Shown piece after piece: positions 29,507 through 39,131 of a stretch of 56,400 bases of DNA. Every line of letters starts with the position of its first letter. The stretch's first letter is position 1. Source of the stretch: Coriobacteriales bacterium (lineage in GTDB: Bacteria; Actinomycetota; Coriobacteriia; Coriobacteriales; RUG844). Location: contig JAFRFV010000138.1 in NCBI GenBank assembly GCA_017434185.1, positions 1 through 56,400 of the forward strand. Direction: 5' to 3'. The position numbers were made by a program, and so were the translations under genes. Below the pieces are notes generated by a model, which saw nothing but the letters and a program-made list of their open reading frames with translations, was not told where the DNA came from and did no database searches.

Positions 29507-31209
29507 CATACAGCTACGATGGCACCAACAACGCCATCGAGGACATCGACCTCACGCTTGACTACAGCCGGATCGTGGGCATCGCCGGCCACACCGGCAG
29601 CGGCAAGTCCACGCTCATCCAGCACCTCAACGGCGTGCTCCATCCCACTGCCGGCCAGGTGCTGCTGGACGGCGTCGACCTTGCGCACAAGCAACATCGC
29701 AATGCCGCGTTCGCACAGGTGGGCGTGTTGTTCCAATACCCCGAGCAACAGCTGTTCGGGCAGAGCGTACTCGAGGACGTCGCCTTTGGACCCCGCAACC
29801 TGGGGCTCGATGACACACAGGTGCAAGAACGCGTGCACTGGGCGCTCCGCAAGGTGGGCATGGACGATGCGGATGTATGGGATAAGAGCCCCTTCGAGCT
29901 CTCCGGTGGACAGCAGCGCCGCGTGGCGCTCGCGGGTGTGTTGGCGATGGAACCGCGTCTGCTGGTGCTCGATGAGCCGGTGGCGGGCCTCGACCCCGCA
30001 GGCCACGACTATCTGCTGGCGCTCATCCGCAAACTGCATGCCGATGGCATGGGCATCGTCATCGTGTCGCACGATATGAACGACCTGGCGCAGCTCTGCG
30101 ATCGCATCGTGGTGCTCAACAACGGTCGCATCGAGATGGATGGCGCACCCAACGAAGTGTTCGCGCAGGCGACGCGTTTGCGCGCTATCGGTCTGGGCGT
30201 TCCCGATGCCCAGCGTGTCGCGCTCGACCTGCGTGATGCTGGGATGCCGCTCGCGGACGATACACTCTTCTGCGACGTGGAATCCCTGGCCGACGCGATC
30301 GCCGCCGCCTTCGCGGCGGATGAACCCGTACCCCGGCGATCCGGGAGGGGACAGGGGGTGGAGCGATATCCTAGCGAAATCCCCCTGCCCCCTCCCAACA
30401 GCCTACGGGAACAGGAGCGCTTATCCCCTGCAACAGCGCGTCGGCGTAGCGTGGTGCACCGGATGGACCCCCGCGTGAAGCTCACGCTGCTTCTGGTCTA
30501 CATCGCCATCGCGTTGCTCGCGAAGTCATGGCTGGCACTGGGCGTGCTCGCCGCCTTCACCGTCGCCTTCTTCGCCGCCGCCCGCATCAGCGTGCGCGAA
30601 GCGCTTGGCGCGTGGCTGCCGCTGAGTTTCATCGTGCTCCTCACGCTGATCGCCAATCTGTTCTTCGTACAGGGCGGCACCGAGTACGTGAGCTGGGGAT
30701 TCATCCACATCAGCCACGACGGCGTGCATCAGGCGCTGTTCATGGGTGCACGCTTGAGTCTGCTGCTCTTCGCGGCGGTCCTGCTCACGCTCACAACCAC
30801 TCCGCTCGACCTGACCGATGGTATGGAGAGCATGCTCGCGCCGTTCAAGCGCATCGGTGTGCCGGCACACGAGCTCTCGATGATCGCGGGCATCGCCCTG
30901 CGCTTCCTGCCGCAGCTCAACACCGAATTCAAGCAAACGCGCGCGGCGCAGCTCTCCCGCGGTGCCAAACTTGGCACAGGCCACATGGGCGAGCGTTGGC
31001 GGGCGCTGAAAGCGCTGCTGGTGCCGCTGTTCGCTGGTGCCTTCCGCCATGCCGACACCCTGGCCGCCGCGATGGATGCGCGCTGCTACCACGGCACCGA
31101 CGGCCGCACCCGCCTGCACCCGCTGGAGCTGAGCGCGCGCGACGCTTGGGGTACGGCGGCGATGCTGCTGCTTGTCGTCGCCGTGATCGCGTGCCGCCTT
31201 GCGTGCTAG
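29482..31209 (+). CDS. Fused ECF ATPase EcfA2 and transmembrane T component
   Basis: GHTGSGKST, FQYPEQQ, LSGGQQRR; then MDPRVK, IALRFLP, SRG and AMDARCY EcfT motifs in one frame. Confidence 0.88.
   Translation: MQLELRDVTYSYDGTNNAIEDIDLTLDYSRIVGIAGHTGSGKSTLIQHLNGVLHPTAGQVLLDGVDLAHKQHRNAAFAQVGVLFQYPEQQLFGQSVLEDVAFGPRNLGLDDTQVQERVHWALRKVGMDDADVWDKSPFELSGGQQRRVALAGVLAMEPRLLVLDEPVAGLDPAGHDYLLALIRKLHADGMGIVIVSHDMNDLAQLCDRIVVLNNGRIEMDGAPNEVFAQATRLRAIGLGVPDAQRVALDLRDAGMPLADDTLFCDVESLADAIAAAFAADEPVPRRSGRGQGVERYPSEIPLPPPNSLREQERLSPATARRRSVVHRMDPRVKLTLLLVYIAIALLAKSWLALGVLAAFTVAFFAAARISVREALGAWLPLSFIVLLTLIANLFFVQGGTEYVSWGFIHISHDGVHQALFMGARLSLLLFAAVLLTLTTTPLDLTDGMESMLAPFKRIGVPAHELSMIAGIALRFLPQLNTEFKQTRAAQLSRGAKLGTGHMGERWRALKALLVPLFAGAFRHADTLAAAMDARCYHGTDGRTRLHPLELSARDAWGTAAMLLLVVAVIACRLAC
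30343..30396. repeat. 16-bp inverted repeat within the EcfA2-EcfT linker
   Basis: GGGAGGGGACAGGGGG...CCCCCTGCCCCCTCCC (1 mismatch). Confidence 0.7.
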
Positions 31210-31344
31210 CTCCCATGCGACAGCATGGCAACGAAGTTGCAAGGATTCGGAGATAAGCGCCGCGCACCCGCCCTCACTGGCTATAATGCAAGCAAGATGC
31301 GGCGCTGCTTGGGCGCCGCCACGTGAGATTCGGAGGTTGCCCCT

Positions 31345-32619
31345 ATGAAGAACTGCAGGATCACCGTTTTGAAGAAGGTCTTCTTCCAGGACCTGGCCGA
31401 CCTGTACGAGAATCCCATCCAGGATGCGTGCGATCTCGAGGTTGGCGACGTGTTCGTGACCGACGGCTATCGCAAGCCCGAGGGTCTGTGCGAGTGCGCT
31501 TGGCGAAGCCTCTTCCCCTATGTCATGACCTTCGCCCATGGCGGCAAGGACGTCTTCGACGGTTGGATGAAGGACCCCTACACCGCCATCGTCTCCTGCG
31601 ACGACGGTATCCGCCCGACCATCTTCCTGGTCGAGGCGCTGGAAGAGGAAGTCGAAGCCCCCATCGTGACCGACGAACCGCTGCCCGAGGTCGAGGCGGA
31701 GCCTGAGGTCGAGGTCGCCGAGGCCGTCGAGCCCGCCGCCGAGGATGTCGCCGAGGCTGTCGAGGACGTTGTCGAGGAAGCCGAGGCCGAGCTCAAGGAC
31801 GCCGCAGCCGCTGTTGCCGTTGCCGCCGCTCCCGCCGCCGCCATCATCGATTCCCTTGGTGATGAGCCCGGCTTGAAGGTGAATGTCCCCGAGGTCGAGA
31901 TCCCCGAGGTCGACATCGAGCTGCCCGAGGCCGAGATCCCCGCGATCGATATCGAGCTGCCCGAGGTCGAGGTCAACCTGCCTGAGGTCGAGCTCCCCGA
32001 AGTCGAGATCGAGGCTCCTGCGGTCGACGCGGAGATCGAAGCTGCCGTCGAGGAAGTCGAAGCCGCGGTCGCCGATGTCGACGCGAAGGTTGAAGCAGTC
32101 GCCGAAGAGGCGGTCGAGAGTGTCGAGAACGTCGTCGAGGAAGCCGCCGACGAGGTCGAGAACTTCGTCGAGGAAGCCGCCGACGAGGTCGAGAACGTCG
32201 TCGAGACCGTCGAGGAATGGCAGCCTGAGCCCATCGTGGTCCCCGAGCCCGTCGTCGAGCCCGAGCCCATCGTGGTCCCCGAGCCCGTTGAGCCTGCCGC
32301 CGAGGCCGCTCCCGCCGCTGCTGAGGAGCCCGACCTGCTCGCCGGCGTGACCGCCGCCCTCGCCGGACTCGCCGGCAAGGCGGAGGACGCTTTCGAGAAG
32401 GCCGAGGACAAGGTCGAGAACGTTTTCGAGAAGGCGGCCGATGCGGCCCAGAAGATCGTGGATGATGGCAAGGTCGTCTGCCCCAGCTGCGGCAACCGCG
32501 TTCCCAACAACAACTTCTGCCGTGAGTGCGGCAAGCCGCTGCCCAAGATCTGCCCTAACTGCGGCCATAATGCCAGGCCCCAGGATCGTTTCTGCCAGGA
32601 GTGCGGCACCCGCCTGTAG
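31345..32619 (+). CDS. TIGR04076-like domain, acidic low-complexity linker and double zinc ribbon
   Basis: KPEGLCECAW, SCDDGIRP; E/V/A/P-rich repeats; four CxxC at the C-terminus; GGAGG RBS, TATAAT at 31282. Confidence 0.8.
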   Translation: MKNCRITVLKKVFFQDLADLYENPIQDACDLEVGDVFVTDGYRKPEGLCECAWRSLFPYVMTFAHGGKDVFDGWMKDPYTAIVSCDDGIRPTIFLVEALEEEVEAPIVTDEPLPEVEAEPEVEVAEAVEPAAEDVAEAVEDVVEEAEAELKDAAAAVAVAAAPAAAIIDSLGDEPGLKVNVPEVEIPEVDIELPEAEIPAIDIELPEVEVNLPEVELPEVEIEAPAVDAEIEAAVEEVEAAVADVDAKVEAVAEEAVESVENVVEEAADEVENFVEEAADEVENVVETVEEWQPEPIVVPEPVVEPEPIVVPEPVEPAAEAAPAAAEEPDLLAGVTAALAGLAGKAEDAFEKAEDKVENVFEKAADAAQKIVDDGKVVCPSCGNRVPNNNFCRECGKPLPKICPNCGHNARPQDRFCQECGTRL

Positions 32620-32645
32620 ACCCATCTGCCAACCATAGCGCAGTC

Positions 32646-32674
32646 AAGCGCCCCGCCCTCGTGGCGGGGCGCTT
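32646..32674 (+). terminator. Intrinsic terminator
   Basis: AAGCGCCCCGCC/GGCGGGGCGCTT stem just after the stop codon. Confidence 0.7.
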
Positions 32675-32768
32675 CTGCAATGGATGCTTGCGTGACGCAG
32701 CGCTTATCCCCTGCCATAATGCGTGTTGCAAGCTTGCGACGAACGACATCGCATGAAAGGAAGCACCC

Positions 32769-33407
32769 ATGGCACTCAAGGATACGCTGCTGCGACTGCG
32801 CAAGGACGCCGGCCTCACCCAGGACCAGATGGCAGCCAAACTCTACGTCACCCGCCAGGCGATCTCCCGCTGGGAGTCCGGGGAGAACAGCCCCAGCCTG
32901 GATACCCTCAAGCTCATCAGCCAGGTCTTTGGCATCTCCGCCTATGCCCTGCTCGAACTGCCGGAACCCAGCGCCCAGGAACTCGACCTGGCGCCCCGCG
33001 TGCGCGCCATCGCCGCCAACGAGCGTGCGTATGGCAGCGAGGCACGCGCTCGCTTTGGCGATGACGTCGTTGACGCCGCCAACGAGCGCCTCATGAGCCT
33101 CTCGCAGGAGGAGTGGGAGGATGCCCAAGCACTCGAGAAGGCAATCCTCGTGAAACTCGCGGAGGTTTTCGCCAACGGTGCGGGTGACCCGCGCAGCCTG
33201 GCCGCGATGGAGCTGTGCTACATGCACGAGCAGTGGCTCAAGCTGCACTGGCCGGCCGGACTCTACAGCCCGCAGACCCACATGGACCTGGCGCAGGGCT
33301 ACCTTGCCGACGATCGCTTCGTCGCCTACTACGACAACGCCGTCGCCCCCGGCGCGACGCGCTTCCTGGTTTCCGCTATCGAGAATTACTGCTGCGAACG
33401 CGCGTAG
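32769..33407 (+). CDS. XRE-type HTH regulator with TipAS antibiotic-recognition domain
   Basis: LRKDAGLTQDQMAAKLYVTRQAISRWESG..P; EARARFG, HEQWL, LAQGYLADDRFVAYYD. Confidence 0.82.
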   Translation: MALKDTLLRLRKDAGLTQDQMAAKLYVTRQAISRWESGENSPSLDTLKLISQVFGISAYALLELPEPSAQELDLAPRVRAIAANERAYGSEARARFGDDVVDAANERLMSLSQEEWEDAQALEKAILVKLAEVFANGAGDPRSLAAMELCYMHEQWLKLHWPAGLYSPQTHMDLAQGYLADDRFVAYYDNAVAPGATRFLVSAIENYCCERA

Positions 33408-33425
33408 GATCACGCGGTAAGCCGC

Positions 33426-34202
33426 CTACGCCGCCACGTAATCCGGGGGATAGAGGGCCTCTTTCCTCTCATCGGTCTCTTCGAACACGGGATCCTCCGC
33501 ATAATCGGAGACCTTGATGAAGACGATGAAGTAGTTGTCCTCTTCCCTGCGGTAGTTGCCCTCATAGAAGACGATCAGGTTCTCGTTGCTTATGTGGACG
33601 GTGGCGACGGGAAGGAACGCGGACATCTGCCCTTGGGCGGCGCCGGAACCGAACAGCCCGTACGCATCGTCGTAGGCGATCAACCGGTCGATGAACTTCG
33701 ATGTGAACAGATTGCCGCTGATGGTGATGTAGGCATCGGGCGAGAGTTCGGCGGTCGCATAGAAACCCATCTCGGCGAGGTCGTACGTGCCGTTCTGGTC
33801 GATGAAGGTGATCGCCTCCCACACGCCCACATACGAGGCGGGAAGCGGCTGATGGCCGACGATCGGCTCGGGCAGGTTCTCATCGACAACGCTCTGGCCC
33901 TGGCTGGCGAGTTCGCTCAGCATGCTCGCTTCCCGCTCGATGCGCGCTTGCTTCGCTCCAAGGGTCTCGTTGTCGCGGATCTGGTGGGCCATGAACACGA
34001 AGAACAGCACGAACAGGAGCAGGAGGACAAGGGTGAGGCCATAGGGGATGGGCGGATCCACCCGCTTCCTGGGCTCGGGCAGGGTGCTCACGTAGACGGG
34101 AGGCTCGGGGGTTTCGGGGCTCTCGGGCTCCGGGGCGTCGGGCGCAGGGGCGTCGCCGACGTCGAGAACGTCGCGCTTATCCTCTGTATCGGTATCGGCC
34201 AT
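33426..34202 (-). CDS. Single-TM membrane protein of unknown function
   Basis: Acidic/Pro-rich N-terminus, one TM helix, beta-rich domain starting YVGVW; AAAGGGG RBS. Confidence 0.7.
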   Translation of the reverse strand: MADTDTEDKRDVLDVGDAPAPDAPEPESPETPEPPVYVSTLPEPRKRVDPPIPYGLTLVLLLLFVLFFVFMAHQIRDNETLGAKQARIEREASMLSELASQGQSVVDENLPEPIVGHQPLPASYVGVWEAITFIDQNGTYDLAEMGFYATAELSPDAYITISGNLFTSKFIDRLIAYDDAYGLFGSGAAQGQMSAFLPVATVHISNENLIVFYEGNYRREEDNYFIVFIKVSDYAEDPVFEETDERKEALYPPDYVAA

Positions 34203-34351
34203 GTCGCACCCCCTTTGGAACCATAACGGTACCACTTTAACGGTGTTGAAACTGCATGGATGACAAATAACGCACAAAAAAGCACGTCACGGCTGCTGCG
34301 GGGGGAGCAGACAGCACGTGACGCGTTCCCGTTGCTTGCTATGGAGTTGGA

Positions 34352-34501
34352 TCAGCGCTTCTGGGGGGTCGTGCCACAGCAACCGCAGCTGCATTGGTCG
34401 CAACCACAGCTGCAACTGCCCTTGCGCTTGATCACGGAGCGAAGAGCCAGTACGACACCCACAGCCACCAGTGCCAGGATGATGACAGTCGGCAGATTCA
34501 T
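34352..34501 (-). CDS. FeoB-associated Cys-rich membrane peptide
   Basis: MNLPTVIILALVAVGVVLALRSVIKRKGSCSCGCDQCSCGCC; AGGAGGGGAG RBS. Confidence 0.8.
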   Translation of the reverse strand: MNLPTVIILALVAVGVVLALRSVIKRKGSCSCGCDQCSCGCCGTTPQKR

Positions 34502-34542
34502 TCTCTCCCCTCCCTTCTCTCTCATGTAGCTTCGCACAAAAG

Positions 34543-34561
34543 TTAGTTTAGGCTAAACTTT
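34543..34561. promoter_or_regulatory. DtxR/IdeR-type metal box
   Basis: TTAGTTTAGGCTAAACTTT matches 15/19 of TTAGGTTAGGCTAACCTAA; upstream of the Cys-rich peptide. Confidence 0.7.
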
Positions 34562-34646
34562 TTCCTCTGTCAAGGGGATAAGCGCGGCGTGGGCGAGCGG
34601 CACGCAGTCGGGTGCCACAGGTAGGAGCGGCGTTCCAGCGAGCGTT

Positions 34647-34833
34647 TTGACGCAAAAAGTCGAGATTAGTGGTTGGCGCGAGATTCCAGTGTATTTTTTG
34701 ACGCAAAAAGTCGAGATTAGTGGTTGGGATTGAGCCCACGTCGGGCATGAATGACCACATATCTTGCGATTCTCATGCATGTGATAAGCGCTTATCCACT
34801 GGGTGAACCACTAATCTCGATTTTTTGCGTCAA
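34647..34833. repeat. Gene-less copy of repeat array family A
   Basis: TTGACGCAAAAAGTCGAGATTAGTGGTT at 34647 and 34698 (51-bp period); inverted copy at 34806-34833. Confidence 0.92.
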
Positions 34834-35004
34834 AACACCTCTCGCGGATTGGCGCCGGCGCCATCGACCCATTGGCGTTGCATCGTCCCGGGCAACACGC
34901 GCGAGCGGCGAGCGGCGAAGTCCCATGCATGGGTCGCAAGGATTCCCCTCGCCTGCTATACTTGAGCTTTCCCCACCGCGAGTGACGAAGGAAGGAGGGC
35001 ATCG

Positions 35005-38000
35005 ATGGTATCCACGGCGGAGCTGGCGCGGCACTGCGCACAGCAGTCGATCGCACGCGCCCAGCGCATCGCGAAACTGGACAGCAGTATCATGTCACGC
35101 CGCTGCGAGTACGGCGACGGTACCGACGACTCCCTCACCCTGCGCGCCTTCGTCATGAGCGAGAGCGAATGGAACGAACGCTATCGCGTGAGCGTGAAGC
35201 TGGATGGCAACCTGGAGCAGATCCGCGACTACAGCTGCACCTGCCCCGCCAGCTACAGCTTCGATGGCATGTGCAAGCATGCCGCCGCCGTGCTGCTGTC
35301 GTTCCAGAAGGCCCCGGAGAAGTTCAGCGGGTACCAGCCCAAGCGCGTCATGAACACGTCGGCGCCCCTGAGCGAGTTCATGCGCCAAGCGGATCGCAAC
35401 CCGGGGGTCGCAGCTGCCGCCAGCGCGGCGGGCGCGACGGACACGGGTGATGCTGCGGACGTGGCCCCCATCCCCGCGGGCAGCATCGACCTGCTGCCCA
35501 CCCTGACGCTCAACTACAACGAATGGCGGCTGAGCTTCAAGATCGTGGCTCCTACCTGTGAATACGTGCTCAAGAACGTGGGCGAGCTCGTGGAGGACCT
35601 GCGCTTTCGCCGCTATCACTCCTATGGCAAGAAGCTGGGATTCACCCACCTGCCCAGCATGTTCACTCCGCATGCCCAAGCACTGCTGGACTTCCTCACG
35701 CGCGCGGTGGAGGTGCGCCGCAAGGTCGAGCAGAGCAGCTTCATGCACTACGGACGACCTGTGAGCGTGGGCAAGGACCTGCCCTTGTCCGATGTGGAAC
35801 TCATTGACTTCCTGGACATGCATCGTGGTGACAGTGTCGACGTGAGGCTGAGCGGCTGGGGCTCGAGGGATGACAACTTCCGTGCTCCCATCCTGGGCGA
35901 GGACCCCGACCTGCGGCTCGACCTGACCACCTGCGACGGTGGCTTCCTGCTGCTGTCCAGCATGCGTCCGCGCGTGATCGCGAGCGGCCGGCGCATGTAC
36001 CTGCTGTGCGAGCAGCGCTTCCATGATTGCAGCCCCGCTCTGGCGGCCAATGCCGACTTCATCCGCAGCGTTCTGGGCATCAGCTCCGATGCGCTGTTCA
36101 TAAGCGAGCAGGACATGCCGCGCTTCTGTCAGCTGCTGCTACCGTCGCTCGAGAGCGGCTTCAAGATGAAGCTCGACCCCAGTGTGGGGCGCTACCGCCC
36201 CCAGCCCTGCGAGCTCGAGTTCTACCTCGATCGCGTGGAACAGCAGGTGAGCTGCATCGTGATGGCCCGCTACGGCGAAGTCGTGCACACGCTTCTGGGC
36301 GGCATGCGGGGCGACGCCGCGGATGATTCGGCGAGCGTGCCCGGTCCCGCCCGCAACATGGGCAAGGAGGATGCGGCGCTGCAGCTGGTGCGTGAGTTCT
36401 TCCGCATCGTTGCGCCGGATGGAGCGGGCGCTGTGAGCGCGGGCGCTGCGGAGATGCCCGGGATGAGAGCGCTTATCGACAGCAGGTTCGACGAAGCGAA
36501 TCTGGGCGCGCTGCTCTTTGGCGGACTCGCGCGTTTCAAGGCCCTGGGCACCGTGTTCACGACCCCGGCCTTCGATCGCCTGCTTTCGGATAAGCGCCCC
36601 CGCGTGTCGACCGGCCTTTCGCTGGCGGGCAATCTGGTGCGTCTGGATGTGATGAGCGACGACCTCGAGCCCAAGGAGCTGGCTGCTCTGTTGGGCAGCT
36701 ACCATCGCAAGAAGCGCTACCATCGCATGAAGGACGGCAGCTTCCTGGACCTTTCCACGTTGGATCTGGGGCAGGTCGACCGCCTGATGGACGATCTGAG
36801 CCTGAGTCTGGGTTCCTTCAAGGACGGGCACTTCGAGCTGCCCAACTTCCGTGCCTTCTATCTGGACCAGGAACTGGAGGATGCGCAGAAGGACGAGGCC
36901 TTCAGGGACTACATCGACAAGCTCGAGCATGCCCGCGAGAGCGAGCGCGCCGTGCCGGAATCGCTCGCAGGCGTGCTGCGCGGCTACCAGGTGGAGGGTT
37001 TCCGCTGGCTGAGCACGCTCTGCGAACTTGGCTTTGGTGGCATCCTGGCCGACGAGATGGGTCTGGGCAAGAGCGTGCAGCTCATCTCGCTTCTGCTGGA
37101 GCGCAAGGAAGCCGGCGAGCAGGCGCATCCCAGCCTGATCGTGTGTCCCGCGTCGCTCGTGTACAACTGGCAGGTGGAGTTCAACCGTTTCGCGCCCCAG
37201 ATGGACGTGCGCATAATCGCTGGCAACAAGGACGAACGGGCGCTCATCCGCGCGCATCAGGCGGGTCGCTGCGATGTCATGGTGACCTCATACGACCTGC
37301 TGCGCGCCGACATCGACGAATACGCGCGGCTCGAGTTCAGCTGCTGCGTGCTGGACGAGGCACAGTACATCAAGAACGCGACGACGCTCACCACCAAGGC
37401 ATGCAAGCGCGTAGTGGCACAGCACCGTTTCGCGCTCACCGGCACGCCCATCGAGAACCGCCTGGGCGAGCTGTGGAGCATCTTCGACTTCCTCATGCCG
37501 GGCTTCCTGGGCAGCTACAAGCGCTTCCGCGAGCGCTTCGAGATGGGCATCGTAGGCGGCGACGAGGATCTGTCGCAGCGACTCGCCGCGCTGGTGGGGC
37601 CCTTCATGATGCGCCGCCTCAAGGCCGACGTGCTGCGGGAGTTGCCCGACAAGCTCGAGACCTGCATCGTCACACAGATGCTGCCGGAACAGGAGCGCCT
37701 CTACGATGCCCACGAGCAGCGACTGCGCGAGTCGCTGCAAGCGCAGAGGAAGAAGGACTTCGACCACAACCGCATCCAGGTGTTGGCGGAGCTCACCATG
37801 CTGCGGCAGCTCTGCTGCGACCCCGCGCTCGTATACGACGACTACACGGGAGGCACCGCCAAGCTGGACAGCATCCTGGAGTTGGTGCTGCAGGCCATGG
37901 ACAGCGGTGCGAAAGCGCTCATCTTCAGCCAATTCGTGAGCTTTTTGAACGTGATCGCGCAGGGATTGAGCGATCACGGCATCGACTTCTTCACCATCAC

Positions 38001-38364
38001 CGGCGCCACACCCAAGAAGCAACGTCTGGAGCTGGTGAACACCTTCAACCAGGACGACACCCCCGTGTTCCTGATCTCGCTCAAGGCGGGCGGCACCGGG
38101 CTCAACCTGACGGGCGCGACCGTGGTGATCCACGCGGACCCGTGGTGGAACGCCGCCGCGCAGAACCAGGCCACAGACCGCGCGCACCGCATAGGTCAGG
38201 AGAACGTGGTGAGCGTCTACAAGGTGATCGCCAAGGACAGTATCGAGGAGCACATCATCAAGCTGCAGGAAGCCAAGAGCGAACTCGCGGATCGCATCCT
38301 GGAGGGCAGCGGCACTTCGCTCGCGTCGCTCGACCGCGAGGAACTGCTCGCTCTGCTGGGGTGA
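35005..38364 (+). CDS. SWIM zinc finger SNF2 helicase
   Basis: CTCP...CKH SWIM; LADEMGLGKS, LDEAQ, LTGTPIEN, SLKAGGTGLNL, QATDRAHRIGQ. Confidence 0.93.
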   Translation: MVSTAELARHCAQQSIARAQRIAKLDSSIMSRRCEYGDGTDDSLTLRAFVMSESEWNERYRVSVKLDGNLEQIRDYSCTCPASYSFDGMCKHAAAVLLSFQKAPEKFSGYQPKRVMNTSAPLSEFMRQADRNPGVAAAASAAGATDTGDAADVAPIPAGSIDLLPTLTLNYNEWRLSFKIVAPTCEYVLKNVGELVEDLRFRRYHSYGKKLGFTHLPSMFTPHAQALLDFLTRAVEVRRKVEQSSFMHYGRPVSVGKDLPLSDVELIDFLDMHRGDSVDVRLSGWGSRDDNFRAPILGEDPDLRLDLTTCDGGFLLLSSMRPRVIASGRRMYLLCEQRFHDCSPALAANADFIRSVLGISSDALFISEQDMPRFCQLLLPSLESGFKMKLDPSVGRYRPQPCELEFYLDRVEQQVSCIVMARYGEVVHTLLGGMRGDAADDSASVPGPARNMGKEDAALQLVREFFRIVAPDGAGAVSAGAAEMPGMRALIDSRFDEANLGALLFGGLARFKALGTVFTTPAFDRLLSDKRPRVSTGLSLAGNLVRLDVMSDDLEPKELAALLGSYHRKKRYHRMKDGSFLDLSTLDLGQVDRLMDDLSLSLGSFKDGHFELPNFRAFYLDQELEDAQKDEAFRDYIDKLEHARESERAVPESLAGVLRGYQVEGFRWLSTLCELGFGGILADEMGLGKSVQLISLLLERKEAGEQAHPSLIVCPASLVYNWQVEFNRFAPQMDVRIIAGNKDERALIRAHQAGRCDVMVTSYDLLRADIDEYARLEFSCCVLDEAQYIKNATTLTTKACKRVVAQHRFALTGTPIENRLGELWSIFDFLMPGFLGSYKRFRERFEMGIVGGDEDLSQRLAALVGPFMMRRLKADVLRELPDKLETCIVTQMLPEQERLYDAHEQRLRESLQAQRKKDFDHNRIQVLAELTMLRQLCCDPALVYDDYTGGTAKLDSILELVLQAMDSGAKALIFSQFVSFLNVIAQGLSDHGIDFFTITGATPKKQRLELVNTFNQDDTPVFLISLKAGGTGLNLTGATVVIHADPWWNAAAQNQATDRAHRIGQENVVSVYKVIAKDSIEEHIIKLQEAKSELADRILEGSGTSLASLDREELLALLG

Positions 38365-38401
38365 GTGCTGCGGGAAGCGCGCCGCAGGAGGCGCGTTGCG
38401 C

Positions 38402-39109
38402 CTAGCCTTTCAGGGGATAGTAGGGGCAGTGCTCCTTGAGGCACTCGTAGTTGCGGTGATGGTAGTGGCAGCGGATCCGCTGTGGCATGTCCATCTGGAC
38501 GCCCAGCATCTCCTGCGTGTATGCCGCCGCCTCGCGGATTGCAGTGAAGCCGGTGCGCTTGCAGCAGCGCGGACCACCGATGTCCGCCAGCTTGCCCAGG
38601 ATGCGGGAGGTGAGGCGCTGTGTCTGTCCCCAGGTATCCACGGTCATGGGGGATGCTCCCGTGATGATGCTCCAGTACATGCCCGCGCTCACCGCGGCCC
38701 CACAGGTGCCCCAGAATCCGCAGGTCCCACCCGGCACCTGCAGGGATCTCGCTTCCAGCTCCGCCAGCGCGGCATCCAGGTCGATCCCGCCACCGCTGTT
38801 ACGATACGCCGTGAGCAGCGCTGCACCCACCAGGGTGTGGTGCTCCGGCCCGTTGGGATAGATGACCGCTTGGTCCATGATCTCCATGGCGATCTCGATG
38901 GGGTCCTTCGAATCACTGCGCTTGCAAAGCTCCATGGCGGTACGTACACCACTGCTCCTGTGGCATGCATCGCAGATGTAGTGGCCGTTCTCGCAGGCGC
39001 ACCAGGCCAGGCTGGTCTTGCCGCAACTCTCGCAAACGAGCTCCCTGGCCTCCTCGAAGTACACGAGCGGTGCGCCACAGATCAGACAATTGACATCTCC
39101 GTACGACAT
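38402..39109 (-). CDS. Cys-rich DUF5714-like protein
   Basis: CLICG, CENGHYICDACH, GPEHH, CGFWGTCG, GPRCCKR. Confidence 0.75.
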   Translation of the reverse strand: MSYGDVNCLICGAPLVYFEEARELVCESCGKTSLAWCACENGHYICDACHRSSGVRTAMELCKRSDSKDPIEIAMEIMDQAVIYPNGPEHHTLVGAALLTAYRNSGGGIDLDAALAELEARSLQVPGGTCGFWGTCGAAVSAGMYWSIITGASPMTVDTWGQTQRLTSRILGKLADIGGPRCCKRTGFTAIREAAAYTQEMLGVQMDMPQRIRCHYHHRNYECLKEHCPYYPLKG

Positions 39110-39131
39110 GTTCCCTCCTTGGCTTGCGGAT

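Noticed and set aside
30526-33413. 699-aa and 611-aa minus-strand ORFs
   Set aside because: Shadows of the low-complexity acidic gene and its neighbours.
35005-38364. SNF2 helicase as part of a phage defence island
   Set aside because: Standard solitary SWIM-SNF2 architecture with no adjacent methylase, nuclease or other defence genes.
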